From Candidatus Saccharimonadales bacterium (GTDB lineage: Bacteria > Patescibacteriota > Saccharimonadia > Saccharimonadales > UBA10212): 46,014 nucleotides of DNA. Positions within the stretch are counted from its first letter, which is position 1; each line of letters begins with the position of its first letter. Of the stretch, positions 33,895-41,250 are shown in pieces. Made by a program: the position numbers and the translations under genes. The notes beneath the pieces were generated by a model that had not been told where the DNA came from, ran no database searches, and was given only the letters and a program-made list of their open reading frames with translations. The stretch lies in assembly GCA_035694865.1 (NCBI GenBank), contig DASSFC010000042.1:1-46014 (forward strand), in the 5' to 3' direction.

Positions 33895-33927
33895 TCTTTT
33901 AATGCTTTTGCAAGCCAGTTTTATCCC

Positions 33928-33966
33928 TTGACAGGCTAATTGGCACTCTTATATTATGAGTGCTAG
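33928..33966 (+). promoter_or_regulatory. groESL promoter (TTGACA, -10 ATATTA/TATTAT) overlapped by a CIRCE operator TTGGCACTC-N9-GAGTGCTAG
   Basis: TTGACA at 33928-33933. The inverted repeat at 33940-33966 matches the CIRCE consensus TTAGCACTC-N9-GAGTGCTAA at 16 of 18 positions. Confidence 0.8.
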
Positions 33967-33999
33967 AAAAAGAAACTTTTTAAGGGAGGTTTTATTTTT

Positions 34000-34263
34000 A
34001 TGGCTGGATTGAATCCATTGGCCGACTGGGTAGTTGCCGAACAAGAAGAAGCTGTTACCAAAACAGCTAGCGGTTTGTACTTGCCCGACAAAGCGGCCGA
34101 AAAACCCAAGATAGCAAAGGTCAGTAAAGTTGGTAAGAACGTCAAAAACGTAAAGGCCGGCGACCGGATTGTTTACAAAAGTTACAGCACCACCGAAGTA
34201 AAAGTGGGCGATAAAGAGTATATCCTCGTCAAAGAAGAGGATATCTTAGCGACCGTAAATTAG
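34000..34263 (+). CDS. groES: co-chaperonin GroES
   Basis: 87 aa, LNPLADWVVAEQEE...SGLYLPD mobile loop, SD AAGGGAGG. Confidence 0.93.
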   Translation: MAGLNPLADWVVAEQEEAVTKTASGLYLPDKAAEKPKIAKVSKVGKNVKNVKAGDRIVYKSYSTTEVKVGDKEYILVKEEDILATVN

Positions 34264-34274
34264 GAGGAGAATAG

Positions 34275-35921
34275 ATGGCAAAGAAAGTTTTTTACGATGA
34301 TGATGCCCGCCGCCGGGTTTTGGGCGGGGCACAAATTTTATATGACGCTGTAAAGACTACGATGGGCCCGAAAGGCCGCAATGTAGTAATTAGCAAGAGT
34401 TACGGTAACCCGACGGTTACCCACGACGGCGTAACTGTTGCTAAGGGCGTAGAAATCGACGATGTCGATGATGAAACATTGGGCTATAAGGTTGGCGCCG
34501 AGCTGATAAAACAGGCTGCCAGCAAGATGAACGATGTGGCCGGCGACGGTACCACGACTGTTACTGTCTTGACCTATCACATTTTGAATGAAGCTAACAA
34601 GCTGATTGCTGCCGGCCACAACCCGATGCTGCTGCGTAAGGGGCTCGAGAAGGCTGCATCTGAAGTGATTAAAAATATAAGCGCCCAGAGCGAGAACATC
34701 GCCGGCAAGAAAAACCGGGTGGCTGAAGTGGCCACTATCAGCGCCGGCGATGCCGAAATCGGTAATTTAATCGCTGAAGTCATGGAAAAAGTCGGTAAAG
34801 ACGGTGTGGTAACGGTAGAAGAAGGCCAGGGCTTGACGATGGAAAGCGAAGTTGTCGAAGGCTTTACCATGGATAAGGGCTACGTCAGCCCCTACATGGT
34901 GACGGACACGGCGCGCATGGAAGCCGTTTACGATAAACCAGCTATTTTAGTAACCGACCAGAAAATCAGCTCGATCCAGGACTTTTTGCCGATGCTCGAA
35001 AAGCTGGCCCAAGCCGGTAAAAAAGACTTGGTGCTGATTGCTGATGATGTAGAGGGCGAAGCCCTGGGCACGCTGATTTTGAACCGCCTGAAGGGAGTGT
35101 TCAACACCGTTGCTGTTAAAGCACCGGCCTTTGGCGACCGCCGCAAGGAAATCTTGGAAGATATCGCTATTTTGACCGGCGGGGAAGTTATCTCTGAAGA
35201 TACGGGCACTACTTTTGAAAATGCTGACATGTCGGTTATTGGTACAGCCCGCAAGGTAATTGTCACTAAAGACGAAACAACCATTATCGAAGGTGCCGGC
35301 GCATCAGCCAGTGTTAAGGCACGCATCGACCAAATCAACCGACAGATAGAGGCTGCCAGTAGCGAGTATGACAAAGAAAATTACGAAAAGCGGCGGGCGG
35401 CTTTGAGCGGCAAAGTGGCCGTCATCAAAGTTGGGGGTGCAACCGAAACCGAGATTGAAGAAAAGAAATTCCGGGTCGATGACGCTGTTAACGCCGTTAA
35501 AGCCGCATTGGAGGAGGGTACAGTGCCAGGCGGAGCAGTGACATTGGTCAATGTTGCCCAGACTATCAAAACCGATGGCTCGGATTCCGAAACAGCGGGA
35601 GCCAATCTGCTAAAAAATGCCTTAGAGCAGCCTTTTAGAATCCTTCTGACCAACTCGGGTTTAAACCCCGATGAATGGCTACCCCAGGTAAAAAAGGGTA
35701 AGGGCGGAATGGGCGTGGACGTCAATCATCCAGCCAAGCTGACTGACCTTAAATCCGCCGGTATCGTGGACCCTACCCGCGTAACTAAAGAAGCTGTCCA
35801 AAATGCTGTCAGTATCGCCGGCACCAGCATGACTATGGGTGCAGTAGTAGTAGAAGTGCCCGAAAAAACCCCAGCCATGCCAGCCGGCGGCGGCATGGAC
35901 ATGGGCGGCATGGGCATGTAG
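34275..35921 (+). CDS. groEL: chaperonin GroEL
   Basis: 548 aa with MAKKVFYDDDARR, AGDGTTTVTVL and a C-terminal GGMDMGGMGM tail. Confidence 0.96.
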   Translation: MAKKVFYDDDARRRVLGGAQILYDAVKTTMGPKGRNVVISKSYGNPTVTHDGVTVAKGVEIDDVDDETLGYKVGAELIKQAASKMNDVAGDGTTTVTVLTYHILNEANKLIAAGHNPMLLRKGLEKAASEVIKNISAQSENIAGKKNRVAEVATISAGDAEIGNLIAEVMEKVGKDGVVTVEEGQGLTMESEVVEGFTMDKGYVSPYMVTDTARMEAVYDKPAILVTDQKISSIQDFLPMLEKLAQAGKKDLVLIADDVEGEALGTLILNRLKGVFNTVAVKAPAFGDRRKEILEDIAILTGGEVISEDTGTTFENADMSVIGTARKVIVTKDETTIIEGAGASASVKARIDQINRQIEAASSEYDKENYEKRRAALSGKVAVIKVGGATETEIEEKKFRVDDAVNAVKAALEEGTVPGGAVTLVNVAQTIKTDGSDSETAGANLLKNALEQPFRILLTNSGLNPDEWLPQVKKGKGGMGVDVNHPAKLTDLKSAGIVDPTRVTKEAVQNAVSIAGTSMTMGAVVVEVPEKTPAMPAGGGMDMGGMGM

Positions 35922-35944
35922 GAAAACTAACAGCCCAGGCTTTG

Positions 35945-35985
35945 AAATCCCGCTATCATTAGCGGGATTTTATTTAGTTTTTTGG
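35945..35985 (+). terminator. groESL intrinsic terminator
   Basis: 10-bp stem AAATCCCGCT-ATCATT-AGCGGGATTT followed by TATTTAGTTTTTT. Confidence 0.75.
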
Positions 35986-36032
35986 CGGAGTTGTAAAGTT
36001 TGTGATAGAATTAACAGATTACAGGAGGTACT

Positions 36033-36506
36033 GTGGAGTTAATTGAGGAGACTGAGGCCGAAAAGCAGCAGGGCAGGCTGCCGCAACCAGAACCCAGATA
36101 CAATACGGCAATTTTACCGGTCAAACGGACCGAGCACGGCCAAGCCTGGGTCCGGCTGGCAGCTGCGATCGTAGGAGCTGTAATCCTGGTTATATTAATC
36201 GTGCTGCTGGCCCGGTTTATTTACCATAAGGCCCACAACCACGCCACACCAAATACACCAACCGCCCAAAACACTCCGGCTGTTTCTAATAACAAGCAGC
36301 CGGCCAGCACCGCGCCTAAATCCACATCTAACAGTTCATCAAATAGCTCGAGCACTACTACCACACAACCAACAAGTACAAAATCGACCACCCAACTTAC
36401 TAATACCGGTCCGGGCAATGTAGTGGCAATATTTGTCGGCTCAAGTCTGATCGCCGGCGGCTTGCATTACCTTATTTCGGTGCGCCGGTTTGCCAAAGAC
36501 TCCTAA
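36033..36506 (+). CDS. 157-aa Ser/Thr-rich membrane/surface protein with an LPXTG-like C-terminal sorting signal
   Basis: GTG start after the SD AGGAGG. TM helix LAAAIVGAVILVILIVLLARFIY and a low-complexity STSNSSSNSSSTTTTQPTSTKSTT region. The C-terminus has LTNTG, then the hydrophobic VVAIFVGSSLIAGGLHYLI, then a basic RRFAK tail. Confidence 0.65.
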   Translation: MELIEETEAEKQQGRLPQPEPRYNTAILPVKRTEHGQAWVRLAAAIVGAVILVILIVLLARFIYHKAHNHATPNTPTAQNTPAVSNNKQPASTAPKSTSNSSSNSSSTTTTQPTSTKSTTQLTNTGPGNVVAIFVGSSLIAGGLHYLISVRRFAKDS

Positions 36507-36536
36507 ATAAAGCCTATAAATTGTAATATAGGTTGA

Positions 36537-37565
36537 GTGTTAGACGACTTAAAATATATCCACCAGCGTGACGGCCAGGACGCCTTAGGTATTGCCGAGA
36601 AACAGCCAGAGCAGTTGGTGCACGATTTTAAATTTACGGTCAGTTATGGCGACATTGATAATGTCGTTTTTGCCGGTATGGGCGGCTCAGCCATTGCCGG
36701 CCTGATGAGCCGGAGCTGGCCGGCCCACAATAAAGTGCCTTTTGAAGTCTGCCGGCAATACACCATACCAGGCTATGTAGGCAAAAATACCCTTTTTATC
36801 GCCAGCAGCTATTCCGGTAACACCGAAGAAACCGTTGATGGGCTAGCCCAGGCAGAAGCCAAGGGCGCCAAAATAGTTGTAATTGCCGGCGGCGGCAAGC
36901 TGATAGAAACGGCTCAGGCAAAATCTTACCCTCATATCGTCCTGCCAAAAGTCGGCCAGCCCCGCTACGCCGTGTTTTACAGTTTTAATGCGTTGGTTAA
37001 AGTCCTGGAGACAGTTGGCCTGGTAGATGCCGGCAGCAGTGAGCAACTTAAAAAAGCCGCGCCATTTTTAGATAATGCTAAGGCTAGCTGGTTACCCACT
37101 GTCCGCAGCGATGATAATGCCGCCAAAAAACTGGCTCTTGAACTTGCAGGTAAGTCGATTGTTATTTACGCCGGACCTTTGATGTCACCGGCCGCTTATA
37201 AATGGAAAATCAGCTTTAATGAGAACGCCAAGAATATCGCCTGGTGGAACGAGGCCCCTGAGTGGAACCATAACGAGACCAGTGGCTGGCTGGAACAGCC
37301 GGTCCAAAAACCATATGCAGTGGTAGATTTGCGTTCTAATTTAGAAAACCAGCAGGTGCAAAAGCGGTTCGAATTGCTGGCCCGTCTACTTTCGGGAAAG
37401 CGGCCGGCGCCTGAGATTGTCCAGGCTGAGGGGTCAAATGTCTTAGAGCAAATGCTGTGTACGATAATGTTCGGCGACTTTACATCTTTGTATCTGGCTC
37501 TGGCTAACAACGTCAACCCTTCTCCTGTCGACGTACAGGAAAGAATCAAAAAAGAACTGGTTTAA
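36537..37565 (+). CDS. SIS-domain bifunctional phosphoglucose/phosphomannose isomerase family protein
   Basis: GMGGSAIAG and SSYSGNTEET SIS motifs. About 340 aa, which is the PGI/PMI-type length. GTG start. Confidence 0.65.
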   Translation: MLDDLKYIHQRDGQDALGIAEKQPEQLVHDFKFTVSYGDIDNVVFAGMGGSAIAGLMSRSWPAHNKVPFEVCRQYTIPGYVGKNTLFIASSYSGNTEETVDGLAQAEAKGAKIVVIAGGGKLIETAQAKSYPHIVLPKVGQPRYAVFYSFNALVKVLETVGLVDAGSSEQLKKAAPFLDNAKASWLPTVRSDDNAAKKLALELAGKSIVIYAGPLMSPAAYKWKISFNENAKNIAWWNEAPEWNHNETSGWLEQPVQKPYAVVDLRSNLENQQVQKRFELLARLLSGKRPAPEIVQAEGSNVLEQMLCTIMFGDFTSLYLALANNVNPSPVDVQERIKKELV

Positions 37566-37573
37566 AACTCGTC

Positions 37574-38797
37574 TTATTCGCCGCGAAGGGCGGCAATGGG
37601 GTCTTTGCGGGCGGCTTTGATGGCCGGGATAAGGCTAAAGATAAGGCCGGCCGCAACCGATACACCGACAGCCAGGACCATGACCCAAACCGATACGACA
37701 GGCTTCCAGTCGCTGTAAACCTTTAGAAGAAAGTTGATTAACAAGGATACGATAACGCCGATGGCGCCGCCGGCGATGCTTAAGACCAAGCCTTCGGTCA
37801 GAAACTGCAGCCTTATCTGGCGGTTGGTGGCACCGATGGCTTTGCGGATACCGATTTCGCGGGTGCGCTCAGTGACACTTACCAGCATAATATTCATAAT
37901 GCCGATACCGCCGACCACCAACGATATCGCGGCAATTGAAGTAATAAACCCAGTGATTGTGTTTAGCACCTGGCTCGAAACGCCCAGCAGTTGGTTCTGC
38001 TTAAGTACAGTAAAGTCCCCACTGCCGCCATGGTTTTTAGCTACCACTTTATTGATATCGCTTGTGGCTTTATTGATGTTCGTACCGGTTTTTACCCGAG
38101 CCAAAATTTGCAAGATGTTAGTGTGGCCGGCAGTAAGCTCCTCGGCCTTATCAGATGGGATGAAAATCGATGAGTTGTAATCGGCCAGGGCTAGCGATAG
38201 CAAACCGCCCTGAGTTGGCGCTAGCACGCCGCGAACTATAAAATCCTGGCCCATGATAGTGACAGTTTCGCCGACAGGATTAAGCTGGCCGAACATCTCG
38301 GCGGCTATGTTGCTGCCGATGACAGCGAAGTTGCCTGAGCTGTCATCGTCGGTGAAATAGCCGCCATAGGAAAGCTTTTGGTGCGTGGTGTCGGCGAAGT
38401 TTGGACCCGTGCCGGCCACAAACACATTATCGAACTCGCCTTGACTGCTGCTGGCTGAACTCGTTACGAACTCTACTGGCGTGACGTCGCGGACTTCGCG
38501 TAATCCTCTGACTGCCTCGACATCTTTAGTGCTTATAGTGCTGGGTGCCAGCAAAGAGTATAGGTTGAAATTACTGCCGCCGCCGTTCTTGGACAAAAGT
38601 TTACCGGGCCGGACGGTAATTATGTCGCTGCCAAGCTGGTTGATTTGGCCGGTAATTTGGTGTTTTAGGCCTTCGCCTAAGCTGACGACTGTCACTACTG
38701 AAGTGATGCCGATGATAATGCCCAGCATTGTAAAGATTGTCCGCCACCGGTTTATGCGCAAATTCTGAATAGCAGTGTGGTAGTTGCCTTTGAACAT
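37574..38797 (-). CDS. ABC transporter permease, MacB/FtsX family
   Basis: N-terminal TM helix, a large periplasmic-type domain, and a C-terminal FtsX-like three-TM bundle with TERTREIGIRKAIGA. Confidence 0.85.
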   Translation of the reverse strand: MFKGNYHTAIQNLRINRWRTIFTMLGIIIGITSVVTVVSLGEGLKHQITGQINQLGSDIITVRPGKLLSKNGGGSNFNLYSLLAPSTISTKDVEAVRGLREVRDVTPVEFVTSSASSSQGEFDNVFVAGTGPNFADTTHQKLSYGGYFTDDDSSGNFAVIGSNIAAEMFGQLNPVGETVTIMGQDFIVRGVLAPTQGGLLSLALADYNSSIFIPSDKAEELTAGHTNILQILARVKTGTNINKATSDINKVVAKNHGGSGDFTVLKQNQLLGVSSQVLNTITGFITSIAAISLVVGGIGIMNIMLVSVTERTREIGIRKAIGATNRQIRLQFLTEGLVLSIAGGAIGVIVSLLINFLLKVYSDWKPVVSVWVMVLAVGVSVAAGLIFSLIPAIKAARKDPIAALRGE

Positions 38798-39675
38798 CAG
38801 CCTTTGCTCCTGGTGGTAAGGCGGCGTTTCCGCCCCCTGGCCTTTTTAGGTTTTGATTTGGTAGTCACTTCTTTGCCAGGTATGTCTTTGAGAAGGGCGG
38901 AAACGCCGGCCGCGATGTCGCTATCGGTCGTGCGCGGTTTTTTAAAGTAAATCCGGCGAGCGTGCCTGGCCATCTGACCGATGGCGGTCTTTTCATCACC
39001 AACAATCATGCCGTCATACATATAAATTACCCGGCTGGCATAACGGGTAAGTTCGGGGTTATGGGTCACCAGCAATATCGTGTTGCCCTGACGGTGGACT
39101 TCAGCCAGCAGTTCCATGACTACCTTGCTGTCATGGCTATCAAGGTTTCCGGTCGGTTCATCGGCGATTATAATATTTGGTTTATTAATCAGCGCGCGGG
39201 CGATAGCCGCGCGTTGAGCCTGGCCACCTGACAGCTGATGCGGCAGGAAATACTCACGGTCGCGCATACCTACCATCTCAAGCATGTCGCTGGCCCGCTT
39301 GGCCCGGCGGACTGGGGTAATGCCGCGATAGGCCAAAGGCAAAGATACATTATCAAGCACATTAAGGTTAGGCAGCAGGTTATAAAACTGAAACACGAAG
39401 CCGATGCGGTCGCGCCGTATTCTTGCCATCTGGTTGGGCTTAAGCCGTGATACCTGGTCCCCGCTAAGCGCGTAATTACCGTGAGTCGGCCGGTCCAGCA
39501 GACCGATTATATTCATTAAAGTCGTCTTACCGCTGCCAGACGGTCCCATCACTGCCAAAAATTCGCCTTTTTCGACTGACAGGGCGACCTCGTCCAATGC
39601 TAAGGTTGTAGCCTCACCGAAGCCGAAGACTTTCGATACTTCATCAAGTTCAATTAGCGCCAATGCTAGCTCCAA
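38797..39675 (-). CDS. ABC transporter ATP-binding protein (MacB/LolD-like) with a basic C-terminal tail of about 65 aa
   Basis: Walker A GPSGSGKTT, signature LSGGQAQR and Walker B IIIADEPT. The tail ends KSKPKKARGRKRRLTTRSKG. The TTG start is uncertain; a second TTG lies 12 nt downstream. Confidence 0.85.
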   Translation of the reverse strand: MELALALIELDEVSKVFGFGEATTLALDEVALSVEKGEFLAVMGPSGSGKTTLMNIIGLLDRPTHGNYALSGDQVSRLKPNQMARIRRDRIGFVFQFYNLLPNLNVLDNVSLPLAYRGITPVRRAKRASDMLEMVGMRDREYFLPHQLSGGQAQRAAIARALINKPNIIIADEPTGNLDSHDSKVVMELLAEVHRQGNTILLVTHNPELTRYASRVIYMYDGMIVGDEKTAIGQMARHARRIYFKKPRTTDSDIAAGVSALLKDIPGKEVTTKSKPKKARGRKRRLTTRSKG

Positions 39676-39904
39676 TCCCTTCGTTTAATAATTTTTGATA
39701 CTAAAAAAGAGGCTGCTGCCACCCCCTCTTTTACCAAAACCCCTCGGCAAAGTCTGTAACTAGTTTACGCCTCAGTTGTTCGCCCAGCCAAACATAAAAA
39801 GTTGTAAAAAAAGTCGGTGCTGTCATGTCGTTTCATGGTCAGCTAAAAAGTAGAATCGACAATATGCTTATCTTGGAAATAAGCTTGAGCGTTTTGCTGG
39901 ACTT

Positions 39905-39931
39905 GCGCCGGTTTTCGAGCCGGCGTATTTT
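39905..39931 (+). terminator. orphan intrinsic-terminator-like hairpin GCGCCGG-TTTTCGAG-CCGGCGT plus ATTTT
   Basis: Plus-strand hairpin with a T-tail and no upstream plus-strand CDS. Part of a structured 400-bp intergenic region. Confidence 0.4.
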
Positions 39932-39992
39932 GAAAATGTAATTAATTCGCGGCAAGCCTGCCACCTCGTGTCAGCCGCGTCAAGGAGGACGC

Positions 39993-40013
39993 ATGAATTT
40001 AGACATATTTTAG
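39993..40013 (+). promoter_or_regulatory. 6-codon leader mini-ORF (MNLDIF) with strong SD, ending in the 5' arm of a terminator
   Basis: AAGGAGG-ACGC-ATG AAT TTA GAC ATA TTT TAG. The stop codon abuts the stem CCAACCG at 40014-40020. Confidence 0.35.
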
Positions 40014-40043
40014 CCAACCGGAGTCGGTTGGTTTTTTGTTTTT
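40014..40043 (+). terminator. intrinsic terminator/attenuator CCAACCG-GAGT-CGGTTGG plus TTTTTTGTTTTT, 30 nt upstream of the 40074 gene
   Basis: 7-bp GC-rich stem, a 4-nt loop and a long T-tract. Confidence 0.6.
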
Positions 40044-40073
40044 AGAAATTAATTTAAGGAGGAAATTTAAAAA

Positions 40074-40424
40074 ATGAGTCACGCAACACATATTCAGGCA
40101 GTTAAGGTTTTACCGTGGGGCGAAGAAGTTTATCTGGAGATTCCGCTTCATAAAAAATCCGCCAATAAATTTTATGCCCGGCACGGTAAGACCGGCGAAG
40201 GCAGGGAGTACATTGAATTTTCTAAATTCGGCCCAAAGCCAAACACCGAAAACGAAACCTACAGCCAAAAGCTGAGGCTGTTCAGTCCGCTACAGTGGGC
40301 ACAGCTTAAACACTATGTAGAGGGCGAGCTGAGCCAGTCAGTCGGCTGGGACATAAAGTCAGCCGAAAAAGAATTCGTGGCTGAGCTGACGGGCGAGAAA
40401 GAACCTAAAGAAGCCAAGAAGTAA
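40074..40424 (+). CDS. 116-aa hypothetical protein
   Basis: SD AAGGAGG upstream, a clean ORF, and no family recognised. Confidence 0.65.
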   Translation: MSHATHIQAVKVLPWGEEVYLEIPLHKKSANKFYARHGKTGEGREYIEFSKFGPKPNTENETYSQKLRLFSPLQWAQLKHYVEGELSQSVGWDIKSAEKEFVAELTGEKEPKEAKK

Positions 40425-40487
40425 CTAAGTGGGTGGCGGTACGATGGTGCCGCCACCCTCGTACCTCTGATAAAATAGTTCCTACGC

Positions 40488-40576
40488 GGAGGGGTCGCCT
40501 AGTTGGTCTATGGCGCCGCCTTGGAAAGGCGGTTTACCGCAAGGTATCCAGGGTTCGAATCCCTGTCCCTCCGCCA
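40488..40576 (+). tRNA. tRNA-Ser (anticodon GGA), long variable arm, CCA encoded
   Basis: GGAGGGGTCGCCTAGTTGGTCTATGGCGCCGCCTTGGAAAGGCGGTTTACCGCAAGGTATCCAGGGTTCGAATCCCTGTCCCTCCGCCA. The anticodon loop is TTGGAAA. Confidence 0.9.
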
Positions 40577-40736
40577 GGGAAAAATCAGCTGGAGTATAAT
40601 ACTTAGAGCGGCAGGAAAACATAAACAGTAAAAATTCTTACCGCTTGGAAGCCCGTTCTTAGCTATTTTTCAGAAAGCGGCCATATAGTATTGCTTGAAC
40701 GGCAAACAAACACCGTTAACACCAAAGGAGATCCGC

Positions 40737-41192
40737 ATGAACGAGCAAAATTTAAGTGATAAAGAACAGATTAAAGAAGTCGTTACCAGCGTCGCCCAGT
40801 TACAGGACTTAAAGCAGTGGGAACGGCTGGAAGATTATTTTGTTAAGAAACCTTTTGTTGATAACAAGTCCATCAGCGGCGAAATGCCGGCAGTCATCCC
40901 TAAAAAACGGCTGATTGACGGCTGGCGCAAAGAAATCGGCAGCTATTTTTACGCCACTCGCCATTTCATTAAACGACTTGGCATCAGGATGGTCAGTAGC
41001 CGGCGGGCTAAAGTAACTACCAACGTCGAGCACGTCCATTACGTCGCCGACCGCGGCGACCGCTACGTTTGGACTGTGCGCGGCACTATCGACTACATCT
41101 TAGTTAAGACAAGCAGCGGCAGCTGGAAAATCAGCCAGATGATATTCAAGATGACCGACCAGGCCGTCCGACCCATCGGCGCTGCGGCTTAA
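40737..41192 (+). CDS. SnoaL/NTF2-like fold protein (tentative)
   Basis: Start trimmed to the ATG at 40737 after the SD AAAGGAG. About 150 aa with the pattern IKEVVTSVAQLQDLKQWERLEDYF...WKISQM, typical of NTF2-like domains. Confidence 0.55.
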   Translation: MNEQNLSDKEQIKEVVTSVAQLQDLKQWERLEDYFVKKPFVDNKSISGEMPAVIPKKRLIDGWRKEIGSYFYATRHFIKRLGIRMVSSRRAKVTTNVEHVHYVADRGDRYVWTVRGTIDYILVKTSSGSWKISQMIFKMTDQAVRPIGAAA

Positions 41193-41250
41193 AACTTCGC
41201 AAAACTTCTTAAGCTTAAGGTACAATATCCTCTAGAAACAGGGGGCTGGG

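Noticed and set aside
33400-33900. RNase P RNA or tmRNA as an explanation for the GC-rich structured region
   Set aside because: Neither strand contains the RNase P P4 motifs (GAGGAAAGTCC / ACAGAACCCGGCTTA-like). Neither shows tmRNA hallmarks (a GGGGCTGA...TTCGAC 5' end, or a tRNA-like T-arm plus CCACCA 3' end). The region is reported as unexplained instead.
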